From NCBI GenBank assembly GCA_004552155.1, contig SFPF01000025.1, positions 1 to 61,165 of the forward strand: a DNA stretch of 61,165 nt, given 5' to 3'. How positions within the stretch are numbered: the first letter of the stretch is position 1; the number at the start of each line of letters is the position of its first letter. Below, in pieces: positions 49,793 to 60,866 of this stretch. Source of the stretch: Bacteroidales bacterium. GTDB lineage: Bacteria; Bacteroidota; Bacteroidia; Bacteroidales; Bacteroidaceae. The notes under the pieces were generated by a model. It worked only from the letters and a program-made list of their open reading frames with translations. It was not told the DNA's origin and searched no databases. The position numbers and the translations under genes are program-made.

Positions 49793-51574
49793 ATGAAACG
49801 CAAAATATTCTTTTCTGTCTTGGCCGTTGCTGCCACGTTTAACCTGCAGTCCTGCATGGATTACGATGTACCCGGAGCAGAAATGAACTCCGACCAGCAA
49901 CAGCTTGTAACCAATTTCCAGGGCAACATCGACCAAATCAATTATCGCATACAGCCCACGAAGGAGAACTTTGAGGCCGCATACGAAGAACTTTTCCCCT
50001 ACCTCGGAGCAGGTAAAACGGCGCAGTACTGCTTGCGCGGCGGTAAGAATGGCGATGTGCCCGGCGCACACGCTTACCAGCGCCAATATGGTCTCGGCCC
50101 CGACTGCTACGCCATGTACATGACCATACCTCACCGCGACTTCATGTACGGCACGCTGACTTCTACTTACAACAACTCCAATGACTTCAATGGCGACCCG
50201 CGCGGCAGTTATTCCATGTTGAAGAAAGAGTTGATACCCGTGCTCAACCACCCGCGCATCGACAGCATTCCCGAAGTCAAGGCCATTAACTTGCTTTACT
50301 ATTGCATCTCCGCACAGGAATTGGCCGACATTTCCGGCCCGTTTACCTATCTCGAAGACAAGAAGAACATTGAAAATCCTTCTGTCTACAATACCGTTGA
50401 AGATATTTATAAGGGCATTGTGCAGAACCTCGACACCATCGTTGCCTGCCTGCGCTACCACGAAACCCGCCCCAACTGGTACAAGGAGAGAGTTCGGGAT
50501 ATTCTGATGTCGTTCAACGAAACGAACCGCGACCTGTATAGCGGCGGCTATACGGGCATGACCACTTACATCAAGCTGGCCAACTCCTTGAAACTCCGCA
50601 TGGCGATGCACATCGTTAAGGTCAACCCCAGCCTTGCACAGAAATGGGCAGAGGAGGCTGTGCACGATGGCGTGGTAGAATCAATTGACGAACAGTCTGG
50701 CTTGTTCCCCGTAGTCAGCGGTTTCTCTCACCCGTTGGTTGACATTATATGGAACTGGGGCGACTCCCGCATCTCGGCTTCGTTTGAGAGTCTACTCATG
50801 AGCCTCGACCATCCTTACACCAAGTACCTGATTACGAAAAATTCTAACGAGATTACCAACAAGAAGACAGGTGCTGTGTTGCCCGCCAACAAGAAGATTG
50901 TCGGCATCCGCAGTGGCATCTTGGTCGGCGACGGCCAAAGTTATGGACAAAACCAGCGCATCGCCTACTCGGGACTTGACCGCAACTATTTGCAGGATGC
51001 TCCACTTTACCTTGTTAAGTTTGCCGAAGTGGACTTCCTGCGCGCCGAAGGCGCATTGCGCGGTTGGAATATGGGCGGTTCGGCTCAATTCTTCTACGAA
51101 CGCGGCATTCGTAACGCCTATTTGGAAGAGCCAGATTACGTGTATGAATACAAGGACCTCGTCGATACCTATATGCAGCGCGAGCAACCAATCGCCTACG
51201 TGCAATCCGACCCCATGGGCGACGGCGCAGACTGGCAGAGCGTAACCAAAATCGGCGTGAAGTGGAACGATGCCGACTCTAAGGAAACGAAGCTCGAAAA
51301 GATCATCACCCAGAAGTATATTGCCCTCTTCCCCCTCTCCACAGAGGCTTGGACGGAACTGCGTCGTACGGGCTATCCCAAGTGCTTCCGAGTTCTTAAT
51401 ACGAGCGACGGTGATGGATCTGTTAGACCCGGCGAAATGATTCGCCGCATACCTTGGCAGAGTACAGACCCCATTGAGTTAAAGAATATCAACGAAACGG
51501 GTCTTGATGCCCTCGGTGGTCCCGATGTTCAAGGTACCCGCCTCTGGTGGGACGTTGAAGCACCTAATTTCTAA
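49793..51574 (+). CDS. SusD/RagB family lipoprotein
   Basis: LQSC lipobox; KLANSLKLRMAM, EVDFLRAEG, LEKIITQKYIA, EAWTELRRTGYP, RLWWD. Confidence 0.92.
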   Translation: MKRKIFFSVLAVAATFNLQSCMDYDVPGAEMNSDQQQLVTNFQGNIDQINYRIQPTKENFEAAYEELFPYLGAGKTAQYCLRGGKNGDVPGAHAYQRQYGLGPDCYAMYMTIPHRDFMYGTLTSTYNNSNDFNGDPRGSYSMLKKELIPVLNHPRIDSIPEVKAINLLYYCISAQELADISGPFTYLEDKKNIENPSVYNTVEDIYKGIVQNLDTIVACLRYHETRPNWYKERVRDILMSFNETNRDLYSGGYTGMTTYIKLANSLKLRMAMHIVKVNPSLAQKWAEEAVHDGVVESIDEQSGLFPVVSGFSHPLVDIIWNWGDSRISASFESLLMSLDHPYTKYLITKNSNEITNKKTGAVLPANKKIVGIRSGILVGDGQSYGQNQRIAYSGLDRNYLQDAPLYLVKFAEVDFLRAEGALRGWNMGGSAQFFYERGIRNAYLEEPDYVYEYKDLVDTYMQREQPIAYVQSDPMGDGADWQSVTKIGVKWNDADSKETKLEKIITQKYIALFPLSTEAWTELRRTGYPKCFRVLNTSDGDGSVRPGEMIRRIPWQSTDPIELKNINETGLDALGGPDVQGTRLWWDVEAPNF

Positions 51575-51585
51575 TACACAATATT

Positions 51586-51620
51586 CAATAGGGGCGTATA
51601 ATATCTATGCGCCCCTATTG
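51586..51620. terminator. Intergenic hairpin between susD and the GH85 gene
   Basis: CAATAGGGGCGTATA-ATATC-TATGCGCCCCTATTG; no long T-tract, so possibly a stability or processing hairpin. Confidence 0.45.
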
Positions 51621-51700
51621 GTTTCTGCCTACGTCAATCGTATGCATATCAAACCCAACCAAAATACAAATTCATTTTTAACCCTTAAATCATTTTCATC

Positions 51701-54686
51701 ATGAAAAAGTCTACATTTGCTGCGTTATTGCTGGCCGGTTGCTCTTTCGCCGTCCCCGCTGCAGCACAGACGTCCCCGACGGCAACTGATGAGATTTACA
51801 ATTTCGATGGTTTCACCGATTCTGGCCTCCTCGAATTGTTCTACAAAGCCAATCAACAGGGACGCAAGTACCCCACCGATGCCGAGTTTGAGGCAGCCGG
51901 TATCAGCAAGGGCGACATCGCCTTTGTTCGTTCGCATGTGCGTCGTCGCGCCATTATGAGCGACGAAGACCGTCTCAATCAAGACGCAACTTCCAAGCGT
52001 CAGCTTTGGATGAACATTCCCATGGACGTAGGTTCAGGCGGCGCAGCCGGCTATCCCGGCACCAAGTTCACCTCCGACGTATTTTCAATGTGGAACTATA
52101 CGAACCTCTTCGGTTCTTGGAACCACAGCATTTTCCAAGCCCCGGGTTGCTGGGTTGATGCCGCACACCGCAACGGTACAGACATCATGTCGGGCATCAA
52201 GTTCTTTGAAAGTTGGACAGCTGGTAGCGGTGATAAAGCCTATACAAAACTCATCACAGAAAAAAACAACGACGGTACGTTTAAGTACACTCAGGCATTG
52301 ATTAACTGCTTGATGTATTTCGGCGCAGATGGCATCAACTATAACTGGGAAGACGCAAGTTATTCAGGTGCTGATGTCACTGCCTTCCATAAGTCTCTGT
52401 ACAAGGAGGCCGCAGCACAAGGCTTTGACAATTTCCACGCAGGTATTTACACCTCAAACTCTTCTTTGACTAATGGTTATAAGGAAGCATTGTTCGGCAC
52501 TACAGAAACTGGCAGAACTTTTGACTTGATGCTGAACTATTCAGGTGGTGACTTTACGGGTACAAATGCCATGCGTTCCTCCGTTAAGGTAGCCGAAAGT
52601 GCCATGGGCACTTGCGAAGGCCTTTACACCGGCGTTTGGTTCGTGAACATGGACCGCAGCTGGACGAACCTTGTAGCCAATGACGAGTGCAAGCGCATCG
52701 GCGTTTGCCTCTGGGGCGAACATGGCCAGAGCCGTCTGATGAGTTACAACGTAGGCGATGGTGCTTTCGATACGCAAGAGAACTATCAGCGCCTTATGGA
52801 ACGTTGCTTCTCCGGCGGTAACCGTAACCCGCTCAATCGCCCAGCCATTAGCAACTCCGGCAACAACTGGGAGCGCACGGCCACGAAACTGCCTTTGCAG
52901 ACTTTCTGCGGCTTGGCTTCGTTCATTCCCGAACGTTCCACCATTCAGGGCAGCCTGCCTTTCGGCACGCACCTATTTCTATAAAGGCAAGCGCACCAAC
53001 GGCAGCTGGTACAACATGGGCGCACAGGATCTCGTGCCCACTTACCGTTGGATGGTGGTTAATCCCGGCACCACGACCGTCAGCACCAATATCCAGCCCA
53101 ACTATACCCACACCGACGCTTACACGGGCGGTTCTTGCCTGCGCCTCACGGGTGCTGCCGTTTCCGGCGGTACGGACATCGTGATGTATAAGACCGCGCT
53201 CAAGGTGAGCGGCTCCGCTCCCTACGCTAAGGTGGCCGTGAAGAACGGCAAGGAAGGCAAGAACGCCTCTTCGCTCTACGTTATCCTGCGCAAGCAGGGC
53301 AGCGGCCAGTGGATTGAAGTGCCCTACGGCGACGTCAGCGGTGCAACTTGGGAAGAAAAGACCATCCAGATTGCAGGTCTTTCCACCAACGACGTCATCG
53401 ACCGCATCGGTCTCCGCGTGAAGGGCAACGACAATAATTACAGCCTGCTCGTCGGCAAGCTCGAAATCAACGACAACAGCACCGTTACGCCCGCCAACGT
53501 GCGCGACGTGATGGTTGACGTGAAGGAAGAAACAAAGACCTCTATGGGTGCCAAGATTTATTGGGACGTCAACGCCGTGGCTACCGCACGCGCTGCCTGG
53601 GGTCTTGTCTACAACGACGAAGCCAATATCGACCACTTCGAAATCCTTTACAAGAACGGTGAAAACGGCCGCGTTTCTGAAATTGGCCGTACCACCAGCT
53701 GGTCTACTTACGTAGGCAACATCATGTTTGAAAGCGCTGCCGACCGGCCTTTCATCGGTGTTCGCGCTGTCAGCACCGACCTCAAGACCTATTCCGCAAC
53801 CAATGGCAACTATGGCGAAAGCTGCATGGACCCCGCCTGCGAAGGTGCAGATATTGCCCGCGAACAGCGTTACGTAACTTCTGTTACCACAACGGGTGCT
53901 ACCCAGAATCTTAACTATTCTGCAACAGGTCCCGTGGCTGACGGTTCGCAATATGCCGACGCTACCGACCACGTGCTCAAGGTGGCACAAGGCCAGACGG
54001 TTTCTATGAACATCAAGTGCGCAGACAAAGGCGACGGCTTGCAGTATTGCTTCCTCGGCGGCTGGATGGACCTCAACGGCAGCGGCGACTTCGACAAGCC
54101 CCTGCCCACAGAGCGCACGGCTGATGAAATTGCCGCTGGCAAGACCGAAACCGACCCCGAGGGCGAACGCCTCTTCTTTGCCGGCACGCTCCGCGCCGCA
54201 ACTCCTGCATTCCAAAGCGAAGAAGGCGTAACCTTCTCCTTCACTGTGCCCAGTAATGCAACGCCCGGTCCGAGCCGCCTGCGCATTGTCTTCTCCGATG
54301 CTTGGTTTGCCGGTATGTTCAACCCCGTTGGCCAGCACGCTAAGGGCTTCTCTATCGACTTCGGCGTAGAAATCACTGGCACCAATCCCGGCCGCGTGGT
54401 AGTTGACACGCGCGACAAGGGCGTTGCCGACCAGCCCGAGGGCTTTACGGAAACCGGTATCGACAAGGTGAACGACGGCAGCAAGGTTTCTACCTTCAGC
54501 CTCGAAGACGGCAGCCTCAACCTCAACAATGTCGACAAGGCTTGGATTTACGACGCAGAAGGCAAGTTCGTGAAGTTTGCCAACGGCGTAAGCTCCGTGA
54601 ACGTCAACGGCTATGCTCCCGGCGTATATGTATTGAAGATGCAGAGCGGCAACGTTATCCGTTCGCAGAAGTTCATCATCAAGTAA
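51701..54686 (+). CDS. Endo-beta-N-acetylglucosaminidase (GH85-like) with GEVED domain and T9SS tail (frameshift near 52970)
   Basis: FSMWNYTNLF, WVDAAHRNG, YFGADGINYNWE, WYNMGAQDLVPTYRW, DAYTGGSCL; GWMDLNGSGDF...RLRIVF; GVYVLKM...KFIIK. Confidence 0.82.
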
Positions 54687-54706
54687 ACCCTTATCCCTAT
54701 CATGAT

Positions 54707-54743
54707 AAATCGGGTGCGCAACGGTTGCGCACCCGATTTTTTT
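54707..54743 (+). terminator. Intrinsic terminator of the PUL
   Basis: AAATCGGGTGCGCAAC-G-GTTGCGCACCCGATTT followed by TTTT. Confidence 0.8.
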
Positions 54744-54817
54744 ATCTGCCTCACGGGAGGGACGTTTAATGCCTTTTAGTCAATTATTATCAAGTTCAAA
54801 CATTTTGCCATCAGCAA

Positions 54818-55001
54818 GAAAATTTTCCCTTTCTGCCTGATTTTTTTTACTATCATATCAGAGATTTTTTATTACAAACTTTCTAACATGCGTTACAAAC
54901 TTTGTAATACATGTTACAAACTTTGTAATACGTGTTACAAACTTAGTAACAAAAAATATCAGGCAGATAGTGAAAAATTTCAGGCAGAAAAGAAGATTTT
55001 G
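54818..55001. repeat. 21-bp-period symmetric element, copy D
   Basis: Cores at 54870, 54891, 54912 and 54933 with inverted 21-mer flanks. Confidence 0.9.
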
Positions 55002-55116
55002 CTCTGTCATGGTATAAGATATCTTACGGTGGAGTGCAATGCCTTTATGGTAATTTTGAAGTGCAATTAAGCCCTGTAACCTAAGAAAATAGTAATTTTG
55101 CGGAAAATTGCGACGT

Positions 55117-55830
55117 ATGAACGGCAAAACGCTTTACATATTCCTCCTGATGCTGTGCCTTGCCACTGGTGTACAGGCGGCGACGGACGACGAACTTCCC
55201 TCGGCAGAGCCCACCATGACCGTGACGAACAATAAGGGGGAAACTTCCGAAGAAACGAGTTTCAACGGCGACGCGCCTATGACGGCAACGTTCCGCGCCA
55301 ACCCGAAAGACCTCGGCGCATACACGCCGCGCTACGAGTGGCGATTTGTCCGCGCTGGAGAAAGCGCACCCTTCCTGACACGCTACGAGGAAACCACCAC
55401 CTACACGTTTGCCGAAAGCGGTACGTTCACCGTAACACTGCTGGTGAGCTTTGTAAACGGCGACGACGTGATTGAATACGACCAAAGCGACGGCGGCGAG
55501 CCGTTCAGCATCACCATCAGCGAGTCGCTGCTGGAATTTCCCAACGCCTTCACGCCCAACGGCGACGGCATCAACGATGTATTCAAGGCCAAGGAGGGCT
55601 ACCGCAGCATCGTATCGTTCAAGGCCATCGTGTTTAACCGCAACGGCAAGAAGCTCTACGAATGGACTGACCCGGCTGGCGGCTGGGACGGCAAGTGCGG
55701 CGGCAAGGACGCGCCCGACGGCGGCTACTATCTCTATGTGCAGGCGCAGGGCGCCGACGGCAAGAAGTACGAATACAAGAAAGTGATTAACGTGCTGCGC
55801 GGATATACGGAAAGCTCCACGGCGCAATAA
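55117..55830 (+). CDS. Gliding motility-associated C-terminal domain (T9SS type B) protein with a PKD-like domain
   Basis: PNAFTPNGDGINDVF, VFNRNGKKLY, GWDGK, DGGYY motifs. Confidence 0.88.
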   Translation: MNGKTLYIFLLMLCLATGVQAATDDELPSAEPTMTVTNNKGETSEETSFNGDAPMTATFRANPKDLGAYTPRYEWRFVRAGESAPFLTRYEETTTYTFAESGTFTVTLLVSFVNGDDVIEYDQSDGGEPFSITISESLLEFPNAFTPNGDGINDVFKAKEGYRSIVSFKAIVFNRNGKKLYEWTDPAGGWDGKCGGKDAPDGGYYLYVQAQGADGKKYEYKKVINVLRGYTESSTAQ

Positions 55831-55841
55831 GCAGAATGTGC

Positions 55842-55876
55842 TTTTAGTAAACAAGTAAACTCGTCTACTAATAAAC
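55842..55876. repeat. Octamer element, copy 5 (collapsed to its two termini)
   Basis: TTTTAGTAAACAAGTAAACTCGTCTACTAATAAAC equals the left and right ends of copy 3 joined at GTAAAC. Confidence 0.7.
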
Positions 55877-55881
55877 AAACA

Positions 55882-58714
55882 TTGGACAACAACAAAGAAC
55901 ATACCGAGGCGCACAGCCCGGCAGGACACATCAATATAATCGGTGCGCGAGAGCATAACCTGAAAAACATCAACGTGTCCCTACCGCGCCACAGCCTTTG
56001 CGTGATTACCGGCCTTAGCGGCAGCGGGAAAAGTTCGTTGGCTTTCGACACGATTTATGCCGAAGGCCAACGCCGCTATATCGAGACCTTCTCGGCCTAC
56101 GCCCGCAACTTCCTCGATAGCGTGAATCGCCCCGACGTGGACGAAATAAGCGGCCTCAGTCCCGTGATCAGCATCGAGCAAAAGACCACCAACCGCAACC
56201 CGCGCTCCACCGTGGGCACCATCACCGAAATCTACGACTTCCTGCGCCTGCTCTTCGCCCACGCCGCCACGGCCTACAGTTACGTGACGGGCGAGCCGAT
56301 GGTGAAATATACGGAAGAGAAAATCGTGGACATGCTCCTCTCGGACTACGAAGGGCGCAAGGTGCTTGCGCACGCGAAAGGGACATTACAAGGAACTCTT
56401 CGAGACCGTGCGCAAGAAAGGCTTCCTCACGGTGCGCGTGGACGGCGAACTGCGCGAAGCGGTGCAGGGCATGAAGCTCGACCGTTACAAAAACCACGAC
56501 ATCGAGGTGGTGGTAGACAAACTCAAAGTCAGCGCAAAGGACGTAGAGCGGCTGCGCAAGAGCGTGGGGCATACCCTCGCGCAGGGCAACGGGCTGATGA
56601 TGGTGTACGACAAGGACGCGGAGGCGGAGGGCAAGAACGCTGTGCGCTATTTCTCCAAAAACCTCATGTGCCCCGTCTCGGGCATCAGTTACCGCGAGCC
56701 TGCGCCGCACAACTTCTCTTTCAATTCGGCGCAAGGCGCGTGCCCGCACTGCAAAGGGCTGGGCACGGTGAGCGTCATCGACCAAGAAAAGGTTATCCCC
56801 AATCCCAAGCTCTCTATCCGCGAGGGCGGTCTCGCGCCCTTGGGGAAATATCGCAACGCGGCGATTTTCTGGGAGATTGAAGCCGTTTTGGCTAAATACG
56901 ACTGCGACCTCAACACGCCCTTGCAGGACGTCGGCGAAGAGGCCTTGGCGGAAATATTCAACGGTTCGGCCGAACAGCTGCGCATTCCTGCCGACACGGC
57001 ACGCACCACCAACGACCTCTATCTCACCTACGACGGCCTCGGCAAATATCTGCAACAAATGGCCGACAGCGAGATGACCGCCGCCGCGCAACGCTGGGCG
57101 GAACAGTTCTCGCGCGACGCCGTATGCCCCGACTGCCATGGCACGCGCCTCAACCGCGAAGCCCTCTCCATTGCAGAACTGCAAGAATGGCTCGGCGGCA
57201 TCGAGCCGCAGCTTTCGGAGAAAAACCGCGCCATTGCACACGAGATTTTGAAAGAAATACGCACGAGGCTGCAATTCCTGCTCGACGTGGGCCTCGACTA
57301 CTTGTCGCTCTCGCGCTCTTCCGTGACGCTCTCGGGCGGCGAAAGCCAGCGCATCAGGCTCGCCACGCAAATCGGTTCGCAACTCGTGAATGTACTCTAC
57401 ATTCTCGACGAGCCGAGCATCGGCCTGCACTCGCGCGACAACGCGAAGCTTATCCGCTCGCTCAAAGAACTGCGCGACCTGGGCAACACCGTGATTGTGG
57501 TGGAGCACGACAAGGAGATGATGCTCGCCGCAGACTATATCGTGGACATCGGCCCGCGGGCCGGCCGCCTCGGCGGCGAGGTGGTGTTTGCCGGCACACC
57601 CGGCGAGATGCTGAAAGCCTCTACCCTCACCTCCGACTACCTGAACGGCCGCCGCACCATAGAAATCCCCGCCACGCGGCGCAAAGGCACGGGCATGCTG
57701 CGCCTCATAGGGGCTACGGGCAACAACCTGAAAGGCGTGACGGCTGAATTTCCGCTCGGCACGTTCATCTGCGTCACAGGCGTATCGGGCAGCGGCAAGT
57801 CGACCCTCATCAACGAAACGCTCCTGCCCATTCTCTCGCAAAAGTTCTACCGCTCGCTCAAAGAACCCATGCCTTACGAAAGCATCGAGGGCATCGAACT
57901 GACGGACAAGGTGGTGGCCGTGGACCAAAGTCCGCTGGGACGCACGCCGCGCTCCAATCCCGCCACCTACACCGGCGTATTCTCCGACATTCGCAACCTG
58001 TTTGTCAACCTGCCCGAGGCGAAAATCAGAGGCTACAAGCCGGGACGTTTCTCTTTCAACGTGAAAGGCGGACGCTGCGAGACCTGCAAGGGCAACGGTT
58101 ACAAGAACATCGAGATGAACTTCCTGCCCGACGTGCTCGTGCCTTGCGAAACCTGCCGCGGGAAACGCTATAACCACGAGACGCTCGAAGTGCGCTTCAA
58201 AGGGAAAAGCATTGCCGACGTGCTGGACATGACTATCAATCAAGCCGTCGAGTTTTTTGAAAACGTGCCCAGCATCCTGCACAAAATAAAAGTGTTGCAG
58301 GACGTAGGCTTGGGCTACATCAAACTCGGGCAATCGTCCACCACGCTCTCGGGTGGCGAGAGCCAGCGCGTGAAGCTGGCCACGGAACTCTCCAAGCGCG
58401 ACACGGGGCACACCATATATATATTAGACGAACCCACCACGGGGCTGCACTTCGAGGACATACGCGTGCTGCTCGGCGTGTTGCAACGCCTTGTGGACAA
58501 AGGCAATACGGTGATCGTCATCGAGCACAACATGGACGTTATCAAGTCGGCCGACTACATTATCGACATGGGTCCCGAAGGCGGACGCGGTGGCGGGCAA
58601 GTGGTGGCCTGCGGCACGCCCGAAGAAATCGCGGCCTGGGGCAAAGGGCATACCGCGCCCTTCCTCGCCGAAGAACTTTCGGCTGCGCCTTCACAACAAA
58701 AACAAAATCAATAA
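55882..58714 (+). CDS. uvrA: Excinuclease ABC subunit A (frameshift near 56368, in-frame deletion near 57168)
   Basis: [33 protein letters not shown] (twice), GVSGSGKST, zinc fingers, LDEPTTGLH. Confidence 0.95.
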
Positions 58715-58750
58715 ACTCAATAATAATCATTTCAAAAATCTCAAAAAACT

Positions 58751-60585
58751 ATGTTTGAAGGACAACCTAAGGGCCTGTATGCATTAGCTTTGGCCAACAC
58801 GGGCGAGCGCTTCGGGTATTACACGATGCTTGCTGTATTTATTTTATTTTTAAAGGCAAACTTTGGATTCGGTTCCGGCGTAGCAGGAATTATCTACTCC
58901 GTCTTCTTAGGTCTTGTCTATTTCCTTCCCTTGCTGGGCGGTATCCTTGCAGATAAATTCGGCTACGGGAAGATGGTGACATCGGGCATCTCCATTATGT
59001 TTCTCGGTTACGTGCTCCTTTCAGTTCCCCTCGGGGCAAACACCTTGGCAGTCATTGCAATGGGAGCCGCGCTGCTGCTTATCAGTCTGGGCACAGGCTT
59101 GTTCAAGGGCAATCTGCAAGTAATGGTCGGCAACCTTTACGACGACGCGAAGTACAGCGACAAGCGCGAATCGGGCTTCTCACTCTTCTACATGGCCATC
59201 AACATCGGTGCCATGTTCGCCCCCACCGCCGCAATCGCCGTAAAGAACTGGGCAATCAACTCGCTGGGTTACTCCGAAGGTGCCGCCTACCATTTCTCGT
59301 TTGCCGTGGCTTGCGTTTCCCTCATCGTTTCAATGGCCATATATTACGGCCTGCGCTCGTGGTTTGCCAATACCGACAAGAAGAAAGAAGCAAGCAAAAC
59401 CGATGACGCTACCGAGACCCTCTCGCCTGCCGAAACGAAAGAGCGCATTATCTGCCTCTGCCTCGTATTTGCAGTGGTCATCTTCTTCTGGATGGCTTTC
59501 CACCAAAACGGCGCCACTCTGACGTACTTCGCAGATTCGTATACACAAACCGTTTCGACCGGACTGCAAAGTATGGTATTCGATGTGTTCAACCTCGTGG
59601 CAGGCATCTTTATCGTTTATGCCTTGTTTGCCATTTTCCAAAGCAAAACCGCCAAAAGCAAAGGTTATGCGCTTTTGGTAATCATTCTCTCGCTGGCATT
59701 CCTCACATATAAGTTCTTCACCTTAAAGCCTGAGACGGCCGTAGACGCTCCCATATTCCAGCAATTCAATCCTTGCTTCGTGGTAGCCCTCACTCCTGTG
59801 AGCGTTGCGCTCTTCGGATTTCTCGGCAAAAAAGGCAAAGAACCCAAAGCCCCCACAAAAATTGGTCTTGGCATGCTCGTTGCAGCAGTGGGCTTCTTCG
59901 TAATGGTGGGCTCTTCGATGGGACTGCAAAAACCGGCAGAAGCCGACAACATCAAAAATGCAAAGGTTCTCTTGAAGCAGCATGAGCTGCTCAACGCAAG
60001 CGACAAAGCCGTTGCCGCCGCCAACTATGACTCTATTTACAACAAAATCAAGAGCGAAGATCCCGAAAAGGACAAGAAAGGCTTTGAGGCAACTTTCAAT
60101 CTCGAAACCGCGAAGATCCCGAAAAGGACAAGAAAGGCTTTGAGGCAACTTTCAATCTCGAAACCGCCAACGCCTCTGGCATCGCCAAGCACCTCACGTT
60201 CATTCAACCCGAAGAGCGCTTGGAATGCGTGAAGAATCTTTCAGAGGCAAAGATAACCGAGCTGAAAGAATACAAGTCGCAAGAAGAGCGCATTACGGCA
60301 AACTGGCTTATCCTGACTTATCTAATCTTGACGCTCGCCGAATTGCTCTTATCGCCCATCGGCATCTCCTTCGTGAGCAAGGTGGCACCGCCTCAATATA
60401 AGGGCATGATGATGGGCGGCTGGTTCGTTGCCACCGCCGCAGGTAACCTTTTGGTCGCTATCCCTGCCCTTTTGTGGGATGCAAACGTTTCGCTGCCAAT
60501 TATTTGGGGCGTGCTTGCCGGCATCTGCCTGCTCAGCGCACTCTTCATCTTCTCGATTATCAAGAAACTCGAAAAGGTCAGTTAA
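58751..60585 (+). CDS. POT/PTR family peptide transporter (frameshifted by a 56-bp tandem duplication at 60054-60165)
   Basis: ERFGYYTM, GGILADK, GTGLFKGN, FYMAINIGA, AELLLSPIG, MMMGGWF. Confidence 0.92.
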
Positions 60586-60597
60586 TCCCTCCGATTA

Positions 60598-60698
60598 TTA
60601 GTAGACGAGTAGACGAGTAAACGAGTAGACGAGACAGAAATGTCTTGATTCGAGTAACTTGTCTTGTTTACTCGTCTACTTGTAAACTTGTTTACTAA
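60598..60698. repeat. Octamer-armed inverted-repeat element, copy 6
   Basis: TTAGTAGACGAGTAGACGAGTAAACGAGTAGACGAGACAGAAATGTCTTG...GAGTAACTTGTCTTGTTTACTCGTCTACTTGTAAACTTGTTTACTAA. Confidence 0.88.
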
Positions 60699-60866
60699 AT
60701 CCCCTGCACATACAGTCTCGCCCGAGCCGCGCAAAAAGGAGTTTGCGCGGCTCGGGCTTGTTTTTGGCATTTTCATGGCAGAAAGTTTCAAAAAAAGCAA
60801 CTATCTGCTAATGTAAAGCAAGAAATAATTGCTAATTTTGCGCTGTAACAGACAATATTAATAGCT

